The notes below the pieces were generated by a model. The model saw nothing but the letters and a program-made list of their open reading frames with translations, was not told where the DNA came from and did no database searches. From NCBI RefSeq assembly GCF_006345805.1, contig NC_043000.1, forward strand, positions 109,802,001 through 109,866,000: DNA of 64,000 nucleotides, given 5' to 3'. Of this stretch, positions 25,101 to 34,190 are shown one piece after another; position 1 is the first letter of the stretch, and each line of letters opens with the position of its first letter. Position numbers and translations under genes: made by a program. Origin of the DNA: Octopus sinensis (taxonomy: Eukaryota).

Positions 25101-28100
25101 GATCGGTTGGTGCTTTTTACGTGCCACCGGCACAGAAGCCAATCAAGGTGGTGCTGGCATCGGCCATGTTCGGATGGTGCTTTTTACGTGCCACCGGTAC
25201 AGGTATCATGGGGACAGATAAAGGATGCTACAAGAAGTCTTCTGCTTTGATCCTGCACACCGGTGGTCAAAGCAAGTAGCCATTTTTTTTTAGTTTTTAT
25301 CCCTAAATTGATGAATGTTAAAATAATGTGATTAATGAAATAATTTTCTTCCATTGTAGATTTTATTAAGATTCCTGAAGAACGTCATATATTACCAAAA
25401 TGAAAACAAAATGACTTTGTCAAATGTTGCAATGATTATGGCACCAAATCTCTTCCTCTCTTCATCATCAAAAAAATTAAAGAATTTCAAAGACTGGGAA
25501 ATTTCAATAGCTGTGCCTGCCTACATTATCAAATTGATGGTCAATTATATTGATATTTTATGGACAGTAAGTTCTTCACTTTTTACCCAATTCTAATTGT
25601 GGCTATTATATTGGGTTGTCCAGAAAGTTCATGCCAATTTATAGTATCTTGTCCAGAAAGTTCATGCTGATTTATAGTAGCAGAATTGTTAACATGTTGA
25701 CAAAATGCTTTGCCTGTCATCCTTTTCAGGGTCGATAAAATAAGTACCAGTTGTGTACTGGGGTTGATATAGTTGACTTCCTCCTCCCCATAAAAAAACT
25801 GCTGGTTTTGTGCCAAAATTTGAAACCATTTATTGTAGTTGGAAATAAATCCCTGATCTTTATTTCTGAATACTAAAGTAAATATTTCTCTTTGTTCCTC
25901 TTAGATCCCTCCATCAATGATCCAGCAATTGAGACGCCGTTATGAATTGGAAATAACCAGAAAATCTAGGGTATTTATCAGCCATGCTTTTTTTCTTTTC
26001 TTGTTTTCTGGGGGACGGGAGGGTTCTACATTATATGTGGCCCAGTTCAGTGTTACTTTTCGTTTTTGCTGTAGGTCATTGTCATCGTTATTATTATCAA
26101 TGTTTTATTCACCTTTTGTATATCGGAGACAATGATATCTGCTCTTTCAAGCGTGTGGCTGGTTGTGAATATACACCATTGAAATGAAGAGTAAAAGCCT
26201 GAAATGCATCTGGTCACTTTTGGCTGGCCATTGCTGAAATGAATTTCCATCTCTCGCTGTATGTGTATTTTTAACAGAGATGTTGTCTCAGGACAAATAC
26301 GGCTGTAACTGGCCTATCAGTTTATTGTATATACATTAGTTATGATATAGAGATGGCTATTTTATATATTGCAGAGATTAAAAATACCTGGCAAGAAAGA
26401 ACCAGTGAAAAAAACTCATTTGTCTGAGGTAAGTATTAAAAAACAGAAGCTTATATTTACATATATTTGTTTGTAAATGTGGTTTGGTGCAGTGTATGTT
26501 TGGGGGGGGGTGTATTGTATGTGCTGCGGTGTGTGCATTGTGGTTTGTGCCAATATGGTGTGTGTGTGTGTATGTGTGTGCGTGCGCGCGCGTGTGAAGT
26601 GGTACATGTATGTGTGTGAAATGAGTGTGCATATGTGTTGTATCATGTATATGTAGTGTGTTGAGTGTGTGTTGTATATGTCTTGTGTGATGAGTGCATA
26701 CGTGTGTATTGTATGTGGTGTGTGTATGTATGTGTGTATGTGATTGTGGCATAGTGTGTTTATGTGAAATGATGTGTTTGCTTCAGTTTGTGTACATACA
26801 CATATTCATTTATGCAAAAGCCTACATCAATAAACAATCCCTTGATCTCTTGTGACCCAGCTTATCTATAAATAAAGGATTATCCCTGTTGACCCCTAAA
26901 AATCTAAAGAAGAATGTGTGATGTAATGGAAATAACTACAAGCAAGGATTGGACTAAGAGTAGCAGACATGCTTCACCAGAATCTTTCCACCAAACACAA
27001 CATGTAGGAGCCTCTACATAGATCTTTGAGCTACATGAAGCAGCAGCCAGATTCCTCTTAAATGGCTAATAAAAGACATGTAAAGAAGTTCCAGGAGATC
27101 CAAGAAGAAGGAAAATGTGGAAGAGAAAGACCAAAGAAGACAGCAGGAATGATAAAATCTGATCTCAAGATGTTGAACCTGATAAAGTTTGAGATAAAGG
27201 AATGCCACAAATGTTGAGCTGCAGTATTGGAAAGGAGCCATCCAACTCATGCCAGCATGGAAAAGCAGACGTAAAAATGAGGATAATGAAAGCTATTTAT
27301 GACCACTTCTATCTGTTGCTTGTTGCAGTCATTGAACTGTGGCAATGCAGGGACACCAGCTTGAAGTGTTCACGTGTTTAGCTGCACAAATCGACCCATT
27401 GGTTATTTTTGAAGTCTGGTATTCTATCAGTCTCCTTTGCTCAACCACTAAGTTATGGAAACATAAACAAACCAACACCAGTTGTCAGGCTGGGTGGGGG
27501 TGGGAGGCAAGCAAAGACATGCACATTGTACATACATGTGATACACACACTAATGTGACTTAACATACATGACACATAGTTGTATAAATATATATGTGAT
27601 GAGCTTCGACACAGTTTCCATCTCCCGAATCCACGCAGACGGCATTGTTCCAGCTTGGGGGTGCCATAGCAGAAGACACCAGCCCAAGATGCTGTGCAGT
27701 GGGAGTAAACTCAAAACCACATGGTTGCCTGCACATTGGGGTGTAACAATTAAAATTTTGTGTACGGCCTAATTAGTTGTTCATTGTTTGTTTGCTTTTC
27801 TTTTTAGTCACCTGACCAATTAGATAATATGATTGACATTCAAGTGCCTCATTTATCAAAATCAACAAGAATACAACTCTTTGAGGCTTTGGTTGTGGAA
27901 GATATTCTATTCCATGTGCAGAAAATGGAACATCATTTTAATGAGAACAAAAGGTAAGACAACCAGCACAGAACGATTTATTTGGATTTATTTATTGTTT
28001 GTGCTGTTATTAGCAGTTCCATCACCAAAAACAAGTTCCTTAGACATTGGGCAATGTAGCAATAGGTGTATTGTGCTCATGTAAAAAAGCAGGATGGCCA

Positions 28101-30991
28101 TGGATGGCAGGCAGTGGGCAAAAGAACACTTAAACACACTCACATACACAGAATCATAGGGACAGAAGAGGAGAAGGTGAAGGAGAGCAGGTAAATAACA
28201 GTTGACTGGCTTCTGTGCCAGTGGCACGTAAAAAGCACCAACCGATCGTGGCTGCTGCCAGCCTCCCCTGGCACATAAAAAACACCCACTACACTCACAA
28301 AGTGGTTGGCTTTAGGAAGGGCATCCAGCTGTAGAAACACCGCCAGATCAGACTGGGGCCTGGTGCAGCCTCCTGGCTTCCCAGACCCCTGTCAAACCGT
28401 CCAACCCATGCTAGCATGGAAAACGGATGTTAAACGATGATGATGATGATGATGTTGGCTGTGGTGGAATAAAAGCCTCTGCACGATTTCATATTTCTCC
28501 TGGCAGTCATTTTGCTGAGTTGCTTTTCATGTCAGCTGTTTGTGAGCAGAGTGAATTTCGTTTTTTGCCTTAACGGGGGTAGTTGCTAACTTCAGGATTT
28601 ATGGCAAACTGTTCCAATTGAATACATCACTACAACTGTGTGGATCTGAGATGGGCTGGAAGTAGAGGGTCAGCGACGTCACTTGAATGGCCAAGGGGCC
28701 TTGCTAGAAGGGGAAGAGCAAAAGAGGTCATGTGAGCTGAAGGACAACAAGCATGGGTCTGTTTTTGCTCACATGCCCTCCCCCCCTCATTCGTCTCCTT
28801 CCAGTAAGGCCCTTCAGCTGTTCAAGTAACAGAATTGACCTGATACTTCCAGCCCTTCTCAGCCTCACAAATTGCTACAATAACATTAATATACTGTTTG
28901 ATTAAAGGTTGCTGGCCTGATGGATTACGGCTCATTAAACATATCTATCTAAATAACAACAATCAGGTCTTTATATTTATTTGTACCTCATTGTTGCTAA
29001 TAACTTTTAAAATTATTGTTTAATATTTCCTGTAAGTGGAGTTTTAGTTTGTGAGCTGCAAGAACTGTTTGTACGTTGGGCAAAATGCTTAGCATTTCTT
29101 TTGGTTCCTTATATTGTGTTCAAATCCTGCTGTGGTAAGATTTGCCGTTAATCCCTTTGGGGTTAATAAAATGAAATATCAATCAAGTACTGAGATGCTG
29201 TGATTGATCGATCCCCTCTCCTCAAAAGTTGCTGACCTTGGACCTTGCAAAGAACGAGTGACCTCTTCAGCAGGAATGTTATGCTCTCAGTCACTTAAAT
29301 GCCATAGAAACTAAGTAACTTGCTTTATAAGTCCTAGGGCTAAATGAAATAATAGCAATAATAAATGCCCTGATGCAGTACCAGACAGTGGCTCTCGTGG
29401 CTTCTGATCTTAACTGACTGGAAGTGTTATCATGTACATTGTTTTGTCTTGGAGTAAAAGATGGTCTACAGCAAATATTCTGCTCAATACCATGGATTTG
29501 CTTGTCAGTTGTTTGACCTTAACCAGTTGAGCATGTCCCTTAGTGGCTGATGATATGTGCATCTCTGATCACGAGCAGAAGTAGTGGGGGAGCATCATAG
29601 CCATATGTTGAGAGGAATTCTTTGGGATTTAGATAATTCACCTCTGGAAACATGGGTGTTTCGTTCAACATCCTTAAACAATCCTTATCCAGGGACCTTT
29701 TGAGCGGGATGGGCTACTCAACCTGCAAGGTTTTATGTCCTATCAGATGCCTAAACACCCCACCTGCACCCTTTGTACACCTCTGATGACAGTAAAATTT
29801 ACGACTGTAATTTTCTTCTTTCTAGTGATTCTTACCAAAAATGGCAAAACCAGCTTCACCACAGTCATCATCATCATCATCATCACCATCAGCAACAGCA
29901 GCCTCCTCAACTTTACCTTTATGAAGTTGGCGGCAACATTGGTGAGTATGAAGAACTTGGATTAAATTTGTTTTTATAAGTGTAAAAGTGAAACTTTGTT
30001 GATTGTTTTGTCCACCCCTAACCCCCTCCTTTAGCATTCTCATTACTCTGTAAAATGTAATCCTTATTTATTCACATTGTTTCCAATTAATTATTATTGG
30101 AGATTTCGACTGAACGCTAACGAGAAAACTAATTTCTATTCAGCATAACATTTTTTACTTTTATATCTTACATTAGTATCCTTTTTTTTTTTACTATTTC
30201 TTTGCAATGCTCCCTCCCTCTCTCTCTCTCTCTCCCTCTCTCCCCCTCTTTGTCTTCCTCTCGCTCTCGCTGTCCCTTCTTTGCATACCACCTCTATTCT
30301 AATTAGTCTTTCTATTTCTCTATCTTTTTCACTCTTCACATGTTTTTTCCAGTGTCCTTTTTCTCTTCAGTCTTTCTCCCTTGTCTCTCTCACAAACTTC
30401 ATTTCTATCCCCATCCCCTGTTATTTTATTTAATTCTGTTCATCTTTTCCCAGCACACTCTTATATATTTCAAGAACATCTCTGAAAGTTTTTACACTAT
30501 TTCTATTTAGCTTATCAAAATTAGAAAATTTTCATTTCACATTTCATATATATTGGCAAATATGGCCATCGCAGCATTTTCATACGACGGAAGATGACAT
30601 GTACTAGCAGAAAAGCACCCAGAGGGCTGTGTTTCTGCTGATTGGGAATTTATCTCAGCACATTAATGATATTTACCATTTTGGAAGAATGTATGGCAAA
30701 GAATGAAGGCCAACAGACTATGAAGGGATATTAACTGCATACAAATCCTTAAACCATGCCCACTACACTTGCTTTCTTCTGCTCAAGTGATAAACATGGT
30801 CTTCGTTCCTTGTGTTCACAATTACTGACATTTACTTTTTTAAAAGAACTCTTAAAGCCTCTCATTTATTCTAACTTTTCCCCTTTTCTTTATTTCCTAT
30901 TGCAGGAGAGCGATGTCTTAAGTCTAATGCCTCAGTAACAGCAATACACCGAATAAACCCTGGTGCTGAATGGGTGATAAGAAAAAGATGA
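363..30991 (+). CDS. ARHGAP18: Rho GTPase-activating protein, ARHGAP18/28/40 (Conundrum) family; 17 coding exons, 676 aa
   Basis: Manual join 363-528,1713-1778,3096-3262,4787-4988,6954-7105,9152-9178,13876-14038,18665-18756,19355-19432,20064-20223,22974-23056,25360-25566,25905-25970,26375-26428,27808-27953,29826-29941,30906-30991 = 2031 nt, all GT-AG, no internal stop. Family motifs: SKTPDEGEIEAE, DLS..D...L..LAVIELS, GVFGV, EGILRIPG, LLKQFLRDLP.PLL, LKALNLL..VLPDAHR, NKMTLSNVAMIMAPNLF, LYEVGGNIGERCL, INPGAEWVI. The symbol is the nearest vertebrate paralogue; 1:1 orthology is not established. Confidence 0.9.
991..1361 (-). mobile_element. SINE family A, older copy
   Basis: Colinear with 5256-5675. 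Confidence 0.75.
1713..1778 (+). CDS. ARHGAP18: RhoGAP exon 2 (EGEIEAEQLTKIGLGPMISHFT)
   Basis: tttcag| acceptor, |gtaact donor, phase 1-1; matches family EGELEAEWL..GL. Confidence 0.9.
2750..3100 (+). repeat. T-rich minisatellite (core ...tttcttagccactacttca; 33-bp terminal units) with a higher-order 160-bp period
   Basis: 2782-2900 vs 2942-3060 match at 116/119. Confidence 0.9.
2901..2941 (-). mobile_element. Extreme 3' tip of an RTE-clade LINE, flanked by 119-bp direct repeats
   Basis: 2898-2943 is identical over 46 nt to 10904-10949, the 3' end of the RTE fragment. Confidence 0.85.
3096..3262 (+). CDS. ARHGAP18: RhoGAP exon 3 (ATTSSESVDLK...LSSLTIQQRDTVQRWVDTL...HVKYIFPNND); acceptor ambiguous (3030/3063/3096/3111 all in frame)
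   Basis: tttttcttag| acceptor, |gtaagt donor; LSTLT..Q...V..RV.T family motif. Confidence 0.85.
3485..3706 (-). mobile_element. tRNA-derived SINE family C (core CCTTTCATCCTTTCGGGGTCGATAAATTAAGTACCAG)
   Basis: Copies at 11793-12007(-), 22330-22500(-), 24080-24230(+), 25720-25800(+), 29060-29230(+), 35760-35900(-), 45760-45905(+); the core resembles deeply conserved metazoan SINE central domains (Deu/Nin/Meta type; exact superfamily needs alignment). Confidence 0.8.
3733..3993 (-). mobile_element. Possible solo LTR
   Basis: TGTTGT...ACAACA termini (7/8 inverted), TATAAA-like motif on the minus strand; no TSD found. Confidence 0.35.
4474..4545 (+). repeat. 24-bp minisatellite, 3 copies (ACCACTGTCACCACCATCTCCACT)
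   Basis: Direct inspection. Confidence 0.85.
4787..4988 (+). CDS. ARHGAP18: RhoGAP exon 4 (MPPNQSPPSSPTD...FEIANGA)
   Basis: tttcag| acceptor, CAG|gttggt donor, phase 0-1, open frame; variable linker region. Confidence 0.75.
5256..5675 (-). mobile_element. Near-full-length tRNA-derived SINE (family A)
   Basis: A-box-like GTGGCTGTGTGGTAAG, B-box-like GGGTTCAGTCCC, central (TA)/(TG) tract, (AAAAGAGT)-type tail; many copies in the window. Confidence 0.9.
5940..6270 (+). mobile_element. Degenerate RTE LINE C-terminal fragment
   Basis: KSMLGI*LKEHIQDEEI*E*SGV...WVGHVTRFSGNKW...RDWKMP with stops and frameshifts. Confidence 0.7.
6954..7105 (+). CDS. ARHGAP18: RhoGAP exon 5 (ATGIEMLSINPKQTW...SSTQAL)
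   Basis: Long pyrimidine tract ending ttcag; donor TTG|gttggt gives the phase 0 needed by exon 6 (the alternative donor at 7025 gives no compatible next exon). Confidence 0.65.
7650..8600 (-). mobile_element. Degenerate RTE LINE RT/C-terminal fragment
   Basis: FTYGHGCRAMTERV*FQIQATKMGFL*RICGETLLNRV; LLFFGYVIRM; GRP..RPRM*WLDNI. Confidence 0.8.
9152..9178 (+). CDS. ARHGAP18: RhoGAP exon 6, 27-nt microexon (DPDSEVKLI)
   Basis: ttttctctgtttcag| acceptor, |gtaagt donor, phase 0-0; joins to NFIL as family ELP|NF. Confidence 0.7.
9500..9571 (+). pseudogene. tRNA-Glu-derived pseudogene with anticodon triplet TCC
   Basis: 72 nt colinear with eukaryotic tRNA-Glu(TTC) (TGGTC..G.GGTTAGGATTC.TGG.TT.CACCCAG..GGCC..GGTTC.A.TCCC.G..TGGGAA); mismatches in acceptor, anticodon and T stems; A14 lost. 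Confidence 0.75.
9905..10192 (-). mobile_element. tRNA-derived SINE family E (CORE-like central domain)
   Basis: Head GCATGGCTTAGTGGTTAGG...AGTTCAATTCC, then TGTGTCCTTGAGCAAG.CACTT; 3' part recurs at 48425-48545. Confidence 0.6.
10503..10803 (-). mobile_element. Family B copy
   Basis: Reverse complement of the 14192-14477 type. Confidence 0.85.
10901..11300 (-). mobile_element. RTE-clade LINE 3' fragment with (GAA)n tail
   Basis: Minus translation FVSNNSVRHQC...LHWLGHALRR...GWRKRRGGQQKT*...GPHIYGIRRWNKEW...ASNRQAWSAFVRD; one nonsense change. Confidence 0.85.
11793..12007 (-). mobile_element. SINE family C copy
   Basis: Core nearly identical to 3560-3650. Confidence 0.8.
12032..12086. repeat. 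(GA)n microsatellite
   Basis: Also (CT)n at about 19106-19175, 49737-49777, 51088-51137; (CA)n 15408-15470; (AAT)n 4705-4750; (TA)n 47747-47794. Confidence 0.95.
12640..13050 (-). mobile_element. SINE family A copy
   Basis: Colinear with 5256-5675, with a short duplicated internal piece at the left end. Confidence 0.75.
13284..13765. repeat. Two diverged ~170-bp copies, period 313 bp
   Basis: Shared TAATTTGTTTGC.GAAGTTATA ... AGGTGTCCCAAAGTCCCCTT ... GTGTTATGAA ... ATTTGTC. Confidence 0.85.
13876..14038 (+). CDS. ARHGAP18: RhoGAP exon 7 (NFILENREEGHTTLSDLSSGDLSRLQCLAVIELSMLFEHYGI...)
   Basis: ccctag| acceptor, G|gtaact donor; conserved pre-GAP segment. Confidence 0.92.
14192..14477 (+). 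mobile_element. SINE-like family B ((GGTGGCACGTAAAAAGCAC) modules, AGGAAGGGCATCCAGCTGTAGAAAC core, (GAT)n tail)
   Basis: Other copies: 660-884(+), 10503-10803(-), 18070-18330(+), 24880-25205(-), 28205-28454(+), 34200-34420(+), 39303-39558(-), 39940-40157(+), 47457-47745(-), 60568-60842(-), 63620-63912(+). Confidence 0.9.
14785..15405 (+). mobile_element. SINE family A 3' half followed by an internally deleted copy
   Basis: 14790-14995 body and tail; 15050-15405 head joined directly to AAAGCCTTGTGAGTGG. Confidence 0.75.
16783..16855 (+). repeat. About 24-bp minisatellite, 3 copies (TTTTAGATTTAAAGGAGAGA...)
   Basis: Direct inspection. Confidence 0.8.
18665..18756 (+). CDS. ARHGAP18: RhoGAP exon 8 (DHGVFGVALQTQLENDQKRYPHLAVPLFFQQ)
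   Basis: cccacag| acceptor, CAG|gtaagt donor; start of the GAP domain. Confidence 0.93.
19355..19432 (+). CDS. ARHGAP18: RhoGAP exon 9 (LIDFLTIYGVHVEGILRIPGATSRIK), arginine finger
   Basis: ttttag| acceptor, AAG|gtaaat donor; EGxxRxxG motif. Confidence 0.94.
20064..20223 (+). CDS. ARHGAP18: RhoGAP exon 10 (ILRNDLEEQFYQGRFDW...LLKQFLRDLPDPLLT...)
   Basis: ctccag| acceptor, |gtaaga donor, phase 0-1. Confidence 0.95.
20700..21400 (-). mobile_element. Mariner transposase relic
   Basis: KNDPFLKKMITADEKWIL; LSIWWDWKGIVYYE; LGWDVPPHPP...PSD*HLF; NFNFLEDCKNHFDKF...IMQLPQR. Confidence 0.88.
21815..22142 (+). mobile_element. SINE with family-A head and alternative body ending in a (GAT)n tail (family G)
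   Basis: Same architecture at 56280-56560(+), 37440-37850(-), 54060-54385(-), 58620-58945(-). Confidence 0.65.
22974..23056 (+). CDS. ARHGAP18: RhoGAP exon 11 (FIPNLRDQLKALNLLFMVLPDAHRNSLM)
   Basis: ttttccag| acceptor, ATG|gtcagt donor. Confidence 0.94.
24880..25205 (-). mobile_element. Family B copy with three 5' modules
   Basis: Reverse complement of the 28205-28454 type. Confidence 0.88.
25360..25566 (+). CDS. ARHGAP18: RhoGAP exon 12 (ILLRFLKNV...NKMTLSNVAMIMAPNLF...ILWT)
   Basis: ttgtag| acceptor, |gtaagt donor, 69 codons. Confidence 0.95.
25905..25970 (+). CDS. ARHGAP18: RhoGAP exon 13 (IPPSMIQQLRRRYELEITRKSR)
   Basis: ctcttag| acceptor, AGG|gtattt donor; family IP.F...QVR. Confidence 0.88.
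26375..26428 (+). CDS. ARHGAP18: RhoGAP exon 14 (RLKIPGKKEPVKKTHLSE)
   Basis: ttgcag| acceptor, GAG|gtaagt donor, phase 0-0; basic linker as in the family. Confidence 0.75.
26490..26790. repeat. Degenerate (TG)-rich microsatellite block
   Basis: Direct inspection. Confidence 0.85.
26940..27290 (+). mobile_element. RTE LINE 3' end running into the CCAACCCATGCTAGCATGGAAAA...GATGAT-type tail
   Basis: IQEEGKCGRERPKKT...SDLKMLNL...AVLE..PTHASMEKQT followed by a degenerate GAT repeat. Confidence 0.7.
27300..27740 (-). mobile_element. SINE family A copy
   Basis: Colinear, diverged. Confidence 0.65.
27808..27953 (+). CDS. ARHGAP18: RhoGAP exon 15 (SPDQLDNMIDIQVPHLSKSTRIQL...ENK)
   Basis: tttttag| acceptor, AG|gtaaga donor; matches family IRVQAPHLSKVSMAIQL. 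Confidence 0.88.
28205..28454 (+). mobile_element. Family B copy
   Basis: Near-consensus, (GAT)n tail. Confidence 0.88.
29826..29941 (+). CDS. ARHGAP18: RhoGAP exon 16 (SDSYQKWQNQLHHSHHHHHHHHQQQQPPQLYLYEVGGNI)
   Basis: cttctttctag| acceptor, G|gtgagt donor, phase 2-1; LYE.GGNIG motif. Confidence 0.9.
30906..30991 (+). CDS. ARHGAP18: RhoGAP last coding exon (GERCLKSNASVTAIHRINPGAEWVIRKR*)
   Basis: ttgcag| acceptor; ERCL...NP.AEWVI; TGA at 30989-30991. Confidence 0.93.
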
Positions 30992-31249
30992 ATTGGCAGC
31001 ATTCTCCACTGCAAATGACCAATTTCCATAAACACCAAACTCTGAAATTTGTGTTTAACTAAATTATTTTGTATGGGCCACTGTTTAAGTTGATATATAT
31101 TATAACAAGTGTCTGAATGCGTTTTGTGTGTGCATGCTTGCATACAAAGATACCTGTATGCATAAGTGTGTTTCCGTGCGTGTGTGTATAATTCATACAC
31201 TCTCTCTCAGAAAGAGAATGATGGGTGAATGGACAGATATAGATAGATA

Positions 31250-32600
31250 CACACAAACACACACACCATGACATATGCCAATATGTATGTATGTATATAT
31301 ATATATATATATATATTACTCTTTTGTGTGTTTGTACACATATATATGCAAACATGTATTTATATATATGTATATTTACATACACATATATAAAGACAGT
31401 ATACACCCACATCACATATATACATGTATGTACACATGAAGATATAAGTATATATATATAATTTTAAATTAATAATAAAAGGGTAAAATTTATTAATTAA
31501 ATTAATTACTCAATCAATTAATTAATAATTTCACCAAGTAGATCAGTACGTTAAAATAACCTTTATAGGTAAAATTATACAAATATTTTATAATTATAAA
31601 CATAATTATAATATATATATATATATATGGGCATTTGTATATATGTATGTGTGGAGGGTATGTATGTGTTTGTGTGTATATATGTATGTGTGTTGGCATA
31701 TATGTGTGTATGTATATATATTATATATATATGCATATGTGTGTATGATATTTCCTAGTATTGTATGTAGCATGGCAATGAAGTTTCTATGTACATAGAC
31801 TATAACATTTGACAACTTAAATTTTCAACTCAAAATATTTCAATTCAGTGAAAGCATGCTTGCAAAGATACATTTTCTCATATCACATATGTTTTGTTTT
31901 TTTTTCTGTAGCCCATAAAAACTCTTATGCAAATAACATTTTAATTAACTAAATAAAAGAAATGAATTCTAGTAAATAAAAAATTGATGTCACATAACTG
32001 AGTAATCAAAAAATTTAGAAAATCTGAATGTGTGAATTCATGTGTGTGTATGTGCATGCACATGTGTGTATCTCTGTGTGTGCATAGACACACACGCATA
32101 TATATATATGTAGACTTATTTATATATATAAATATTAGTGTGTGTGTGTACAGGGAAAGAAACCAGGTATGCCAGCTGGCATTGGCTCCTAACTTTGAAG
32201 GGGCCTTCTCCCACCAGTCAAAGACCCAGGGAAACACTTTGGTAAAGAATTACTGTTTTTCTAAATCATTTAATTCTCTTATTCTGTCATGTGACTTGTA
32301 TCCATCAAGTATACTATATGTGCATATATCCTTCAAGTATGTGTGTGTATATATACACACACAGACATACATACATTTTATGCACATATGTATATATATA
32401 TATGTGTGTGTGTATGTGCATATATATATATATATACATACACACACACACGTACAAATACTAAAAGGATGCATGTCCATATAGTTTATATGTATATATT
32501 TATTTAGATATAATGCATGTTTATATAGATGTATATTTCATATACATACAAACACGTGTGTGTATGTGTGTATATGTACACACACACACACATGATTTGA
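31250..32600. repeat. Clusters of (TA)/(CA)/(TG) microsatellites downstream of the RhoGAP stop
   Basis: Direct inspection. Confidence 0.85.
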
Positions 32601-33004
32601 TATCAGTTTGACATGGTTCCTTATAAAATAAAAGATTGTCGGCTGAGACGATGAACCCATCTTCTCAGGCATTTGAGGGAGAGTTTTGAGAAAACTCTTC
32701 AGAAGTCTGATGAAATGCTTTTTGTCGTATAAGTTCAGGAAACTTTAAGTCATGAAGGGCTGATTAAAACTGTTTTAAACACAAATACATGTAACTCCTA
32801 CCAAATGTGTCGAGTGCTACTTTCTTTAGTTTTTCCACTCATCTGTATACACACACACACACACACACAAACCGAATGGGAAAACAAAAATCATTGAAAA
32901 TGTTCTGCTTTTTGTTTCATTTTTTTTTTTTCATTTGTGAATGCTACTTTCAAAAGTACTTCATGGAATGTAAATATTAAATGAATGCTTTCACTCTATT
33001 TTTC

Positions 33005-33010
33005 AATAAA
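33005..33010 (+). terminator. Candidate distal polyadenylation signal AATAAA of the RhoGAP gene
   Basis: AATAAA after a U-rich, UTR-like stretch; other AATAAA at 31474, 31952 and 31975, so usage is unknown. Confidence 0.35.
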
Positions 33011-33057
33011 GATTTGCTCAAACCGTTACTTAACATAATATCATCTTTCATTAGAAC

Positions 33058-33067
33058 TTTATTCAAC
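33058..33067 (-). CDS. Candidate terminal exon start of the minus-strand gene (G|GT TGA) with overlapping AATAAA
   Basis: Strong acceptor cttttgttttaatatcttcttcag; phase-1 compatible with 35048; reads GTTGAATAAA. Confidence 0.35.
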
Positions 33068-33419
33068 CTGAAGAAGATATTAAAACAAAAGATTTCACAC
33101 TATCTTCTGTGTTCCTTCTTATATATCCTCACAAGCTGACGTGAGAGCTATAACATTGATGATATCCATATAAATTGGGATTGTGGTTAAGAAGTTCGTT
33201 TCACAACCATCTTGTTTTAGGTTCAATCCTACTCTGTGGCTCCTTGGACAAATGTTTTCAACTGTATCCTTGGGCTGACCTCTGCCTTTTGAATGATAAT
33301 TGTAAGACAGTAGAGATTGTTGAAACAATCAAGTGAAGACATGTAGATGTGTGTTGTGTGCAAGAGATATGATTGAGGGGATCCTCATACAGACTGCTTG
33401 TTGGCAAGAGACACAGACA

Positions 33420-34190
33420 CAATAATTTCTAGGTGAATTGCAATGAGGGTTTAGGTGGTGTAGGTTCTCTTTTGGCAGAGAAATGGGCAGATAAGGTGAT
33501 TAAGGTTGTCAGGATTAGTGATAGAATTATTAAGCTAAGTCTGGTGTTGATCAATGTAACAGGGTCATTCATCTCTGCATTTGCTCCACATGTCAGACTC
33601 ACAGACGTTCAGAAGGACCATTTCTATGAATCTCTTCTGTAGACTTCTTCAACAACGAAAGACAACGACGTTCTCATCATGGCAGGGGATGTCAATGGTC
33701 ATGTTGGAAAGCACTCCAATGGATCCCATGGAGGTTACGGCTTTGGTTCTAGAAATGAGGAGAGGGAAAAGACAGTTGGAGTTCTGTGATGCAAATGAAT
33801 TACTGATTTGCAACACTAACTTCAGGAAACCTACCAACCATCTGATCACTAGCCAGATTGACTATATTCTCACCAGAAACAGGCATAATTTCAAAGTCCT
33901 CCTCGGTGAAGAATGAACAACTCAGCATAGGAAAGGAGGTTATGGAAGCACAAGGATCCTTCAAACAGGATGAAATTTAGAGATGTTTTTAATGAAACTT
34001 TTGATGAGAAGGAGGAAGAGACAGACGCATATGACATAGAGTACATCTGGAAGTTCTTATGGCACAATCTACTGAGAGCAAAAGCCCAATCTGTGGCTGG
34101 AGCAAAGCTTCTGCCAGACCAAGGGTGACATGGTAGAGGAACTGTGAGATCGGTAGGGCCATAAAAGAGAAGAGATGGGTTTGGAAAGTG
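33420..34190 (+). mobile_element. RTE LINE APE-endonuclease and linker fragment
   Basis: GGVGSLLAEKW, ISDRIIKL, ISAFAP, QKDHFYESL, AGDVNGHVG, GGYGFG.RN, LEFCDANELLICNTNFRK, SQIDYILTR; frameshifted. Confidence 0.9.

Noticed and set aside
29340-29720. High-complexity block upstream of exon 16 considered as a conserved regulatory element or extra exon
   Set aside because: No compatible open exon; more likely an interspersed repeat with no second copy in this window to confirm
32032-32484. 150-aa ORF
   Set aside because: Built mostly from TG/TA microsatellites
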